Positions 46,995-56,343 of a stretch of DNA of 64,000 nucleotides are shown in pieces (the first letter of the stretch is position 1; each line of letters opens with the position of its first letter). The notes under the pieces are model-generated. The model searched no databases. It saw only the letters and a list, made by a program, of their open reading frames with translations, and was not told the origin of the DNA. Position numbers and translations under genes: made by a program. Source of the stretch: an uncultured Chloroflexia bacterium (GTDB lineage Bacteria; Chloroflexota; Limnocylindria; QHBO01); the NCBI GenBank assembly GCA_963814375.1, contig CAWFCQ010000008.1, positions 493,519 through 557,518 of the forward strand, given 5' to 3'.

Positions 46995-47705
46995 ATGACG
47001 GACGACGCCACGATGAGCCTCGTGGAGCACCTCGAGGAGCTCCGCAGCCGGATCATCGTCATCGCCGTCGCGGTCGCCGTGACCGGCACCCTCGGCTTCT
47101 TCCTCGCCGATCCCATCCTCGTGCTGCTGCGCGCTCCGCTGCCGGATGGGCAGGACAACCTCATCCAGCTGACGATCGGCGAGTCGCTGGCGGTCCGGCT
47201 GCGGATCGGCCTGTACGTCGGCATCGCGCTCTCGGTGCCGGTGATCCTCTATCAGCTGTGGCGCTTCGTGACTCCGGGCCTCACAAAGCGCGAGCGGCGC
47301 CTCATCTGGCCGATGCTCATCCTCGCCATCGTCCTCTTCGCGTTCGGGGTCGTCATGGGATACCTGATCATCCCGTACGCGCTCGACTTCCTCCTGGGCC
47401 TGACGCTGCCGGGCGTCGACTCGAGCACGCTGAGGCTCTCCGACTACGTCAGCTTCGTGATGACGATCATGCTGGCCTTCGGCCTCGCCTTCCAGTTCCC
47501 CGTGCTCCTCCTGCTGCTTGCCCGCGCCGGAATCCTCAACTACCGATTCCTCTCGGCCCGGCGCCGTTGGGCGGTCCTGGTGATCGTGCTCTTCGCCATC
47601 ATTGCGACCCCGGGCGGCGACCCGGTGAGCTCCGCGGTCCTCTCACTGGTCATGTACGCGCTGTTCGAGGGAACGCTCCAGGTGATGCGGACGATTCGTC
47701 CGTGA
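46995..47705 (+). CDS. tatC: Tat translocase subunit TatC
   Basis: HLEELRSR, YQLWRFVTPGL, FGLAFQFP, ATPGGDP. Confidence 0.94.
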   Translation: MTDDATMSLVEHLEELRSRIIVIAVAVAVTGTLGFFLADPILVLLRAPLPDGQDNLIQLTIGESLAVRLRIGLYVGIALSVPVILYQLWRFVTPGLTKRERRLIWPMLILAIVLFAFGVVMGYLIIPYALDFLLGLTLPGVDSSTLRLSDYVSFVMTIMLAFGLAFQFPVLLLLLARAGILNYRFLSARRRWAVLVIVLFAIIATPGGDPVSSAVLSLVMYALFEGTLQVMRTIRP

Positions 47706-48655
47706 CCGTGCTCCTGCTGACCGATGCGGCAATGGACACCCACCAGGCCGCCGGCCACCCGGAGCGACCAGAGCGCCGAGATGCCGCCGCCGCCGGGGTG
47801 CGGGATGCCGCGGGCGACCTGCTCGCCGAGTACGACCCGTCACCGGCAACCGACGACGAGGTGCTGGCAGTCCACGACGCCGAGTACCTGCGGCTGCTGC
47901 GCGATGCCGACGGGCGCGGGGGCGGATGGCTCGACGCCGACACCTACCTCGTGCCCGGGTCGATGCGGGCCGCTGAGCTTGCCGCCGGCGCGACGATCCA
48001 GGCGGCGCGGGCCGCCGAATCCGGTGCGGCCGAGGTGGCCTTCGCGGTCGTGCGCCCGCCCGGCCACCATGCCACGAGGGACCGCGGGAGTGGGTTCTGC
48101 CTCCTCAACAGCGTCGCGATCGCGGCCGCCGCCCTGCGCGCGGGCGGCGTGCAACGGGTCGCGATCGTCGACTGGGACGTGCACCACGGTGACGGCACGC
48201 AGTCCATCTTCGACGCCGATCCGGACCTCTGGTACGGGTCGACCCACCAGGCTCCGTTCTACCCGGGGACCGGGGCCCCCGGGGAGCGCGGTCGTGGCGC
48301 GGCGGTGGGAACCAAGCTCAATCGACCGCTGGCGGCAGGGGAGGGGGATGACGCCTTCGTCGAGACATGGCGGGATGACCTGCTCCCCGCGCTCGAGGGC
48401 TTCGCGCCGGGCGCGATTCTCGTGTCCGCCGGCTTCGACGCGCATCGTGACGATCCGCTCGCGGGGCTCGAGGTGACCGAGGCCGGCTACGAGGCGGTGG
48501 CGAAGGCGCTGGGTGGGGTTGCCGCTCGGCTGGGAGTGCCCGGCATCGCCCTGACGCTGGAGGGTGGCTACGCGCTCGACGCCCTCCGCACCTCCGTCGC
48601 CGCCACGGTTCGAGGGCTCCGCTCCGGCCGAGCCGACGCCGTGGATCCCCGGTAG
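47702..48655 (+). CDS. Histone deacetylase family protein
   Basis: HPERPER, RPPGHHA, GFC, DWDVHHGDGTQ, SAGFDAH..DPL, LEGGY. Confidence 0.93.
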   Translation: MTVLLLTDAAMDTHQAAGHPERPERRDAAAAGVRDAAGDLLAEYDPSPATDDEVLAVHDAEYLRLLRDADGRGGGWLDADTYLVPGSMRAAELAAGATIQAARAAESGAAEVAFAVVRPPGHHATRDRGSGFCLLNSVAIAAAALRAGGVQRVAIVDWDVHHGDGTQSIFDADPDLWYGSTHQAPFYPGTGAPGERGRGAAVGTKLNRPLAAGEGDDAFVETWRDDLLPALEGFAPGAILVSAGFDAHRDDPLAGLEVTEAGYEAVAKALGGVAARLGVPGIALTLEGGYALDALRTSVAATVRGLRSGRADAVDPR

Positions 48656-48695
48656 GGCGAGGCTATACTCCGATCGCCTTCAGCAAGGAGGAAGC

Positions 48696-49643
48696 GTGGC
48701 GCGCCCGCAACCGATCGAAACACGACCCGCGGAGCCGGCAGATAGCGCTGCCGGCGACGTGGCGGCGCGCCAGGACCATGCCGACCACCTGCTGGTGATC
48801 AGCGGCCTCTCCGGCGCGGGCAAGAGCCAGGCCAGCAAGCTCTTCGAGGATCTCGGCTACTCCGTCGTGGACAACCTCCCTGCCGCGCTGCTGGACGACT
48901 TCCTCGCGCTGCGTCGAGAGCAACCGGAACGATTTCGGCGGGCCGCCCTGGTGCTCGACATCCGGGCGGGGGATCCGGCTCCGGCCATCGGTCGCGCAGC
49001 CGCATCGGTCGAGGCCGAGGGCGGCAAGTTCGAGCTCGTCTACCTCGAGGCCAGCGATGCCACGCTCGTCAGCCGCTTCAGCGAGACGCGCCACCGCCAC
49101 CCGCTCCAGGCCACGCGCATTGGCGTCCAGGCCAGCATCGCCGAGGAGCGGCGCAGGCTGTCACGCACGCGAGAGCTCGCGGATCACGTGGTCGACACGA
49201 GCGGTCTCTCCATCGGACAGCTCAAGGATCGGCTGTTCGCGATCGTGCCGCGAGACACGGCCGAGGACGCGCTGCGGATCGACATCGTGACCTTCGGCTT
49301 CAAATACGGGATCCCGCTCGAGGCCGATCTCGTCCTCGACGTGCGTTTCCTGACGAACCCCTACTGGAACCCCGATCTCAAGCCCCTCTCCGGCCTCGAG
49401 TCGAAGGTCCGCGACTTCGTGCTGTCGCAGCCGACCGCGAACCGGTTCCTGGAGCTCGTGACCGAGCTGCTGCGCCTCACCGTGCCGGCCTATCGGGCTG
49501 AGGGGAAGGAATATCTCCGCCTGGCGCTGGGCTGCACAGGTGGCTACCACCGCTCGATCGCGCTGGCGGAGGAGCTGGCCCGTCGTCTCGCCGATCTGCC
49601 CGACGCATCGGTCACCGTCTTTCATCGGGAGCTCGAGCGATGA
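48696..49643 (+). CDS. rapZ: RNase adapter RapZ/YvcJ
   Basis: SGLSGAGKS, VDNLP, ETRHRHPL, FGFKYG, DVRFL.NP, GCTGG.HRS; AAGGAGG RBS. Confidence 0.93.
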   Translation: MARPQPIETRPAEPADSAAGDVAARQDHADHLLVISGLSGAGKSQASKLFEDLGYSVVDNLPAALLDDFLALRREQPERFRRAALVLDIRAGDPAPAIGRAAASVEAEGGKFELVYLEASDATLVSRFSETRHRHPLQATRIGVQASIAEERRRLSRTRELADHVVDTSGLSIGQLKDRLFAIVPRDTAEDALRIDIVTFGFKYGIPLEADLVLDVRFLTNPYWNPDLKPLSGLESKVRDFVLSQPTANRFLELVTELLRLTVPAYRAEGKEYLRLALGCTGGYHRSIALAEELARRLADLPDASVTVFHRELER

Positions 49644-50962
49644 GGCGATCCGGGATGCCCCGGTGGATGTATCCCGGGATGCACCTCAAGCGCTGGCTGG
49701 GGCTGCTGCTGGTGGGCATCGTCATCATCGGCCTCGGCGCGGCGATCTTCATCCGCGACCTCTACCGCGCGACGGATGCCGACACGATCCCGTTCCTGTA
49801 CTGGGCCACCGGCGCGTGGCTCGAGCCGGAGGTGCGCGCCTTCGTCGTCGCACTCCTCGGGATCGTCCTCACCGTGCTCGGGATGTGGGGCCTGATGCGG
49901 TCGATCGTGTCGCCCTTCGTCGGCCGCGGCGACAGCGTCATGGAGGTCCTCTACACGAAGCGCTACCTCGCCCGCGGCCCGCGGATCGTTGCGATCGGCG
50001 GCGGGACGGGACTGTCGACCCTGCTCCGCGGGCTCAAGGGCTACTCCGCCAACATCACCGCCGTGGTGGCCGTGGCCGACGACGGCGGGAGCAGCGGGCA
50101 GCTCCGACAGCAGCTCGGGATCGTGCCGCCTGGCGACATCCGCAACTGCATCGCCGCCCTCGCCGACGCCGAGCCGCTGATGACGCAGCTCATGCAGTAC
50201 CGGTTCCCGGCGGGTTCCGGCCTCGACAACCACGCGTTCGGCAACCTCTTCATCGCCGCCATGACGGCGGTCACCGGTGACTTCGAGGAGGCGGTGCGCG
50301 AGTCCAATCGCGTCCTGGCGGTGCGGGGCCAGGTGCTGCCCGCCACGAGCGTGCCGCTCAATCTCTCCGCGCAGCTGGTCTCGGGGCGGACGCTTCACGG
50401 CCAGGTCGGGATCGCGCGCGCCAAGGAGCCGATCGAGCGTGTCTTCATCGAGCCGGCCGACGTGCGGGCCAACGGCGAGGCGCTCGAGCGCATCCTCGAG
50501 GCGGACATGATCGTCATCGGCCCGGGCAGCCTCTTCAGCAGCGTCCTGCCGAACCTGCTCATCAGCGATATTCGGGACGCGCTCGAGGCGGCGCCCGGGA
50601 CCAAGGTGTACGTCTGCAACGTCGCGACCCAGCCGGGCGAGACCGATCGCCTGACCGCGGCCGACCACCTGCGCGCGCTGTTCGACCACGTCGGGGACGA
50701 CCTGATCGACTACGTCATCGTCAACCGCAACAACCTGACACGCATTCCGGAGGGATGGCGTGCCAAGCCGGTCGAGGTCGATGCCCGCCGCCTCGAGGAG
50801 CTCCCGGTTGTCATCGTCGAGGAGGACGTGATCGACCCGGCCAACCCGCATCGTCATGACCCGGCGAAGCTTGGTGCCGCGCTGATGCGCCTCCAGCAGG
50901 AGGATCGCATCGACCGCCCGCGGCAGCGACGGGTGAGGCGGCCGACCGCGCAAGCGTCCTGA
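49640..50962 (+). CDS. yvcK: YvcK/GlmR family protein with an N-terminal membrane extension
   Basis: IGGGTGL, DDGGSSG, PPGDIRNC, GPGSLFSS, TQPGET, RHD. Confidence 0.92.
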   Translation: MRRSGMPRWMYPGMHLKRWLGLLLVGIVIIGLGAAIFIRDLYRATDADTIPFLYWATGAWLEPEVRAFVVALLGIVLTVLGMWGLMRSIVSPFVGRGDSVMEVLYTKRYLARGPRIVAIGGGTGLSTLLRGLKGYSANITAVVAVADDGGSSGQLRQQLGIVPPGDIRNCIAALADAEPLMTQLMQYRFPAGSGLDNHAFGNLFIAAMTAVTGDFEEAVRESNRVLAVRGQVLPATSVPLNLSAQLVSGRTLHGQVGIARAKEPIERVFIEPADVRANGEALERILEADMIVIGPGSLFSSVLPNLLISDIRDALEAAPGTKVYVCNVATQPGETDRLTAADHLRALFDHVGDDLIDYVIVNRNNLTRIPEGWRAKPVEVDARRLEELPVVIVEEDVIDPANPHRHDPAKLGAALMRLQQEDRIDRPRQRRVRRPTAQAS

Positions 50963-50970
50963 GCGCGACC

Positions 50971-51819
50971 GTGCTCGTCGCCGGAGAGGTCAAGGGCGAG
51001 CTCGCCCGCATCCAGCCGGCGCGAGCCTGCGACCGGCGCGCTGAGCTGATCGGGCTGCTCCACGGCTCGGGCGGCGCCGGCATCCGGACTTTCGACCACG
51101 CCATCGCCCGCACCGCGGTCCACCTCGCGACCTCGCTGGGCGTCTCGGTCGACCCGCCTCGGCCAAGCGCCACCGGCCGCGCGCGCCCAGGTTCGCGCCA
51201 CCATCTCACGGTCGAGGTCGATCGCGACTCTCTCGGCGCGTGGTCGTGGGCCGATGCGCCGGCCTGCGACCGACGCGCCTTCCTGCGCGGCGTCCTGCTC
51301 GGGCGCGGCTCGATGTCATTCAGCGCCACCGGGCCGCACGTCGAGTTCGTCCTCGCCGATCGGGTTGCCGGTGAGGAGCTGCAGAGCGCGCTTGCCTCGC
51401 TCGAGGTGCGGGCGTTGCGCGCTGAGCGCCGTGGCCGACAGGTCGTGTACCTGAAGGGGCACGAGGAGATCGCTGCGCTCCTGCGGCTGGTCGGCGCCAA
51501 CCGCGGTGTTATCGAGCTCGAGAGCCACCGTGTCGGCCGCGATGTCCAGGCGCGGCTCAACCGGCTGGTCAACGCCGAGGAGGCGAACCTCGCGCGGACC
51601 GTCCGGGCCGCCGATCGGCAGCTGGCCGCCATCGGCCGACTCGAGGGTCACGGGCGTCTTGCGGGACTGCCACCGGCGCTGGCTGAGACGGCCGCAGCGC
51701 GTCGACGCATGCCGGACGCCGATCTCGATACGCTTGCATCCTCGCTGGGCGTGACTCGCTCGGCGGTGAACCACCGCCTGCGCCGGCTCGTTGAGCTGGC
51801 CAGCGACGAGGAGGAGTGA
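50971..51819 (+). CDS. whiA: DNA-binding protein WhiA
   Basis: FLRG, YLK, NRLVNAEEANL, RSAVNHRLRRL; conserved rapZ-yvcK-whiA order. Confidence 0.9.
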   Translation: MLVAGEVKGELARIQPARACDRRAELIGLLHGSGGAGIRTFDHAIARTAVHLATSLGVSVDPPRPSATGRARPGSRHHLTVEVDRDSLGAWSWADAPACDRRAFLRGVLLGRGSMSFSATGPHVEFVLADRVAGEELQSALASLEVRALRAERRGRQVVYLKGHEEIAALLRLVGANRGVIELESHRVGRDVQARLNRLVNAEEANLARTVRAADRQLAAIGRLEGHGRLAGLPPALAETAAARRRMPDADLDTLASSLGVTRSAVNHRLRRLVELASDEEE

Positions 51820-52574
51820 TGCGCCGACCGGTCGTCGCCGGCAACTGGAAGATGAACCCGCCGACGGTGGCGGAGGCAATCGCGCTGGCCGAGATGGTCG
51901 AGATGATCGCGGTCGAGATGCCGCGGGTCACGACGGTCGTCTGCCCGCCGACGATCTGGCTGTCCGCGGTGGCCCAGTCGGCGCCCGGACTCCACATCGG
52001 GGCGCAGACGATGCATGCAGACGATCGAGGCGCATTCACCGGCGAGACGAGCCCGCTCATGCTGACCGGCCTCGCGACCTACGTGATCCTGGGGCATTCG
52101 GAACGCCGGCAGTACGACGGCGAGACGGACGAGTCGGTCGGGCGCAAGGTTGCCAGCGCGGTGACGCACGGCCTCCGCCCGATCGCGGCCGTCGGGGAGC
52201 GAGCCGACGAGCGGCGCGCAGGAACGACCGAGGCCGTCATCGATCGCCAGGTGCGTGCGGCGCTGGCCGGCCTCGACCGGATCAGCGGCTCCGGCCTGGT
52301 GATGGCCTACGAGCCGGTGTGGGCGATCGGCACCGGCGACGCCGCTTCGGGGACCGACGCCCAGGCGGTGGCGGCGCAGATCCGCGCCATCCTCCGCGAC
52401 CTCGATCCGGATGGTGCCGACGAGGTTCCGATCCAGTACGGCGGCAGCGTGACCGATGCCAACGCCGCCGAGTTCTTTGCCTGCCCCGACATCGACGGTG
52501 CGCTGGTCGGGGGCGCCTCGCTCAAGCCGGACCTCTTCGCGGCGATCCTGCGCGCCGCAGACGCTGCGGCGTGA
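51819..52574 (+). CDS. tpiA: Triosephosphate isomerase
   Basis: AGNWKMN, GAFTGE, GHSERR, AYEPVWAIGTG, YGGSV, LVGGASL. Confidence 0.97.
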   Translation: MRRPVVAGNWKMNPPTVAEAIALAEMVEMIAVEMPRVTTVVCPPTIWLSAVAQSAPGLHIGAQTMHADDRGAFTGETSPLMLTGLATYVILGHSERRQYDGETDESVGRKVASAVTHGLRPIAAVGERADERRAGTTEAVIDRQVRAALAGLDRISGSGLVMAYEPVWAIGTGDAASGTDAQAVAAQIRAILRDLDPDGADEVPIQYGGSVTDANAAEFFACPDIDGALVGGASLKPDLFAAILRAADAAA

Positions 52575-54094
52575 CCGTCCTTCTCGTTGTCCTCGACGGG
52601 TTCGGCATCGGGGACGACCCCGAGCGCAACGCGCTCATGGCGGCATCGATGTGGAACTGGCATCGGCTGCTGGCGGAGTGGCCGAACGCGCAGCTCGCGG
52701 CCTCCGGCGAAGCCGTCGGCCTGCCCGCGGGCCAGATGGGCAACAGCGAGGTCGGGCACCTCAACCTCGGCGCCGGCTTCCGCGTGCTCCAGGACCTGCC
52801 GCGGATCAGCGCCGCGGTCCGGGACGGCTCGTTCTTCGACAACGCGGTTCTGCGGGCGGCCTGCGACCTCGCCCTCGTCCGTGGCGGTCGCCTCCACCTG
52901 ATGGGGCTCGTCGGCCCCGGAGGGATCCACGCTGTCGATGAGCACATCGAGGCGATGGTGGAGCTGGCGCATCGGTCGGGCGTGCCGCAAGACAGGGTTC
53001 TCTTCCACGCCTTCATCGATGGCCGGGACACCCCGCCGCGATCGGCGGAAGCCTTCCTTCCGGCGCTCGAGGCGCGGTTCGCCGGTCGGGCACGAGTGGC
53101 CACCGTGAGCGGGCGCTACTACGCGATGGACCGCGACCACCGCTGGGATCGGACGCATCTCGCCTACGCGGCGATCGTCAACGCCGACGGCCTCGTTGCG
53201 GCCACGCCGTCCGATGCGATCGCGGCTGCCTACGGCCGCGGCGAGTCGGACGAGTTCGTCCGGCCCACCGTCATCGGCGGCGTGGTCCCGATCCGCGCCG
53301 ATGACGCGGTCGTCCACCTGAACTTCCGGGCCGACCGGGCGCGGCAGCTGACGCAGGCGCTGGCGCTGCCCGACTTCATCGGCTTCGAGCGCCCCGCCTT
53401 TCCGGGGGCGCTCGACGTGACGACGCTGACCGAATACCAGGCGCCGGATGAGCTTCCGGTTCCGGTCGCCTTCCCGCCGCTCGTGATCGACTCGCTGGCG
53501 GCGCATCTCTCTCGCCTCGGCAAGCGCCAGCTGCACGTCGCGGAGACCGAGAAGTACGCGCACGTCACGTACTTCTTCAACGGCGGGTTGGAGGACCCGT
53601 TCCCCGGCGAGGAGCGAATCCTGGTCCCTTCGAACCGGGAGGTGGCGACCTACGACCTCGCCCCGGAGATGAGCGCCGGGCCGATCACCGACCGGCTCGT
53701 CGAGGCGCTGGATCGGCGGGAACAGGACTTCATCGTCGCCAACTACGCCAACCCTGACATGGTCGGCCACACCGGGGCCTGGTCGGCCGCGGTCCATGCC
53801 GCGGAGTTCATCGACGCCTGCCTCGGTCGCCTGACGCGCGCCGCTCTTGGCACGGGCAGCCCCATGGTCATCACCGCCGACCACGGCAACATCGAGGAGA
53901 TGCGAGACGCGCGGGGCGAGCCGCAGACGAAGCACACGACCTCGCCGGTGCCGATCGTGCTCGTGAGCGAGGCACACGACGGCGCAACGCTGCGCAACGG
54001 TCAGCTGGCCGATGTCGCGCCGACGATCTGCGAGCTGATGGGCGTCCCGGCCGGCCCGGCGATGGTGGGGGAGAGCCTCCTCGTGCGCCGGTGA
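52571..54094 (+). CDS. gpmI: 2,3-bisphosphoglycerate-independent phosphoglycerate mutase
   Basis: LDGFG, GQMGNSEVGH, DGRDT, GRYYAMDRD, AETEKYAHVT, DMVGHTG, TADHGN. Confidence 0.96.
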   Translation: MTVLLVVLDGFGIGDDPERNALMAASMWNWHRLLAEWPNAQLAASGEAVGLPAGQMGNSEVGHLNLGAGFRVLQDLPRISAAVRDGSFFDNAVLRAACDLALVRGGRLHLMGLVGPGGIHAVDEHIEAMVELAHRSGVPQDRVLFHAFIDGRDTPPRSAEAFLPALEARFAGRARVATVSGRYYAMDRDHRWDRTHLAYAAIVNADGLVAATPSDAIAAAYGRGESDEFVRPTVIGGVVPIRADDAVVHLNFRADRARQLTQALALPDFIGFERPAFPGALDVTTLTEYQAPDELPVPVAFPPLVIDSLAAHLSRLGKRQLHVAETEKYAHVTYFFNGGLEDPFPGEERILVPSNREVATYDLAPEMSAGPITDRLVEALDRREQDFIVANYANPDMVGHTGAWSAAVHAAEFIDACLGRLTRAALGTGSPMVITADHGNIEEMRDARGEPQTKHTTSPVPIVLVSEAHDGATLRNGQLADVAPTICELMGVPAGPAMVGESLLVRR

Positions 54095-54103
54095 GTCGCT
54101 CTC

Positions 54104-54119
54104 GTATATACGTATATAC
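54104..54119. promoter_or_regulatory. Palindrome (GTATATAC)x2 upstream of the secG promoter
   Basis: Perfect 16-bp AT-rich palindrome; extended -10 TGCTAAACT at 54141-54149. Confidence 0.5.
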
Positions 54120-54158
54120 CCGGCGACGCCACGAACCCTCTGCTAAACTTCGCCGGCC

Positions 54159-54383
54159 ATGACGACCGCCATTCTCATCGCCCAGATGATTCTCGCCGTC
54201 GCGCTCATCGCCTCGATCCTGCTGCAGCAGCGCGGGACCGGCCTCGGCGGAGCCTTCGGTGGTGAGGTGACGGCCTACCGCAGCCGGCGCGGGATCGAGC
54301 GAACGCTCTTCCGCCTCACGATCGTCCTGGCCATCCTCTTCGTCGCCTTCAGCCTGTTGAACCTGCTGCCGCCCACGACCTGA
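54159..54383 (+). CDS. secG: Preprotein translocase subunit SecG
   Basis: ILLQQRGTGLGGAFGG, RRG.E..L.RLT; two TM helices. Confidence 0.93.
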   Translation: MTTAILIAQMILAVALIASILLQQRGTGLGGAFGGEVTAYRSRRGIERTLFRLTIVLAILFVAFSLLNLLPPTT

Positions 54384-54403
54384 CCGCGGCCGGGCCTTCG
54401 CGC

Positions 54404-54874
54404 ATGAACAACCTGTTCGAAGAGGAAATTCGCGGTCACCACCGACTGCGGGACCACCTGCTGACCGTGGTGTCCGATGCGGATCTCGCCTACAAGCTTC
54501 CCGGCCACAACCCGACCCTGGGCGAGCTGCTGGTGGAGATGGGCGACATCGAGGGCATCTATACCCACTCCTTCGAGACGTTCACTCTCGACTGGTCGCA
54601 CCGCCGGCTGCCGCCTCCAGCGCCGCTCACGATTGCCAGCCTGCGAGCTTGGTTCGATGCGCAGGACGAGGCCATGAAGACCACGCTGGATCGCTTCACG
54701 CAAGAGGAGTTGCACGCTGACCGGGTCGACCGGGGCCACGGTTTCATTGCCTCGCCGTTTGTCCAGTACGAGGTCTACCGCGAGGCGGTGTACATCCTGT
54801 ACGGCAAGCTCAGCGTGTACCTGAAGGCACTGGAGCGCGACGCCGGCGAGGAATGGGCGGTCGGCGTAGGCTAG
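54404..54874 (+). CDS. DinB/DUF1572-like hypothetical protein
   Basis: SDADLAYKLPG.NPTLGELL helical pattern resembling the DinB superfamily. Confidence 0.6.
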   Translation: MNNLFEEEIRGHHRLRDHLLTVVSDADLAYKLPGHNPTLGELLVEMGDIEGIYTHSFETFTLDWSHRRLPPPAPLTIASLRAWFDAQDEAMKTTLDRFTQEELHADRVDRGHGFIASPFVQYEVYREAVYILYGKLSVYLKALERDAGEEWAVGVG

Positions 54875-54928
54875 AAGTTCGCCGAGTGTTTGGCGCGGCC
54901 ATCGGCGGCTGATAGAATCCGTGCTCGT

Positions 54929-55017
54929 GCCGAGGTGGCGGAATAGGCAGACGCGCTAGGTTCAGGACCTAGTGATCCTTACGGGTCGTGTGGGTTCAAG
55001 TCCCTCCCTCGGTACCA
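54929..55017 (+). tRNA. tRNA-Leu(CAG)
   Basis: Anticodon arm CTAGG-TT-CAG-GA-CCTAG, long variable arm, CCA; TAGAAT upstream. Confidence 0.95.
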
Positions 55018-55025
55018 CCCTCGAT

Positions 55026-55110
55026 GCCCAGGTGGCGGAATTGGTATACGCGTACGTTTGAGGGGCGTATGGGGAAACCCATCCGGGTTCAAGTCCCGGC
55101 CTGGGCACCA
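55026..55110 (+). tRNA. tRNA-Leu(GAG)
   Basis: Anticodon arm TACGT-TT-GAG-GG-GCGTA, long variable arm, CCA. Confidence 0.95.
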
Positions 55111-55132
55111 ATTCACTCTCGATCGACCGATG

Positions 55133-55162
55133 CGCCGCTCGCGCTCCTCCGCGAGCGGCGTT
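55133..55162 (+). terminator. Hairpin terminator after the tRNA-Leu pair
   Basis: 11-bp stem CGCCGCTCGCG/CGCGAGCGGCG, 6-nt loop, short T tail. Confidence 0.65.
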
Positions 55163-55402
55163 CGTCGTGGGTGGGGTACGGCGCGCGAACGGTCGGAATT
55201 CACACCAGTAACCGCTAGACGGATCGATCGCCTCCGAGACGTCGCAGATTCACGCCCCGCGTGCGTGAGAGGCGAATTGTGGCGATTCGGCGGCCACATC
55301 GAACACAAGGCACACCTGGTGTGAATCTGTGCTGTCCGTGCGACGGCACGAGCCTCCCTCACCCGGGTGGAGGCGGCTTGGCATCGGCTACCATGCCGCG
55401 GC

Positions 55403-55479
<77 letters not shown>

Positions 55480-55494
55480 TCGGCTCGGCAGCGG

Positions 55495-56343
55495 TCACAT
55501 GCGCTGGAGTGCCTCCTGGCGGCTTGCCTCGACCCGAGCTCCGGATTCGCGCCGCGCCATGCGTCGCAGCACCGCCGGCGCGACGAGGAGGCCGATGACG
55601 CTCCAGGCGCCGAGCACCAGAACCATCTCGAGGTGCCGCCACGACTGGCCGATCTCGATGGCGACCGCCGCCTCGGGCAGGAACACGTATCGCATGCCGA
55701 GGCCGATCCAGTAGGTCGGGAGCGCCTGGCCGAGCACCTGCACCCAGGGCGGCATCTCCTGGAGCGGGATGAGGATGCCGCTGATGATCGCCAGGCCGCC
55801 GATGAAGAAGAACCCGAGCGCACCAACCAGCCGCGGGCTGCGCACCAGCGAGCCGATGATCACCCCGACCGGCAGCGTCGCCAGCAGGCCCAGGACCACG
55901 ACGAGCACGAATACGAGCCAGTGGACCGCATCGGGCACCTCGAGGCCGGGGAAGAGGAAGAAGCCGGGAATCGTGATCAGCGCGATGGCGACGAACGTCT
56001 CGAGGCAGGCCTGTGAGAGGACGCCGGTGACGTAGCCCACGATCCCGTACGGCACGGCTTTCGCCCGCAGCACCGTGCCGTCCTCGCGCTCGGCAGCAAT
56101 GTAGTACGCCGGCCCGAGCGCCGAGGCCGCGATCATCAGACCGAGGAAACCGGGGAGCCCGACTGCCGCAAGGGACAGGTCGGTGCCCTCGATCGTCTCG
56201 TTGCGGTTCAGGACGAGGATCACCAGCGGGATCCCGGCCCAGACGACGGTATTGAAGATGCCGTCGGGGGTGGTCAGGATGTGCTTGAACATCATCCATC
56301 CACGGGCCAGCCCGATGCGCAGGGCGTAGCGCCTCGGGTTCAT
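55495..56343 (-). CDS. ABC-2 type transporter permease
   Basis: AEREDGT, SGILIP..EMP.WVQ, LPTYW. Confidence 0.9.
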   Translation of the reverse strand: MNPRRYALRIGLARGWMMFKHILTTPDGIFNTVVWAGIPLVILVLNRNETIEGTDLSLAAVGLPGFLGLMIAASALGPAYYIAAEREDGTVLRAKAVPYGIVGYVTGVLSQACLETFVAIALITIPGFFLFPGLEVPDAVHWLVFVLVVVLGLLATLPVGVIIGSLVRSPRLVGALGFFFIGGLAIISGILIPLQEMPPWVQVLGQALPTYWIGLGMRYVFLPEAAVAIEIGQSWRHLEMVLVLGAWSVIGLLVAPAVLRRMARRESGARVEASRQEALQRM

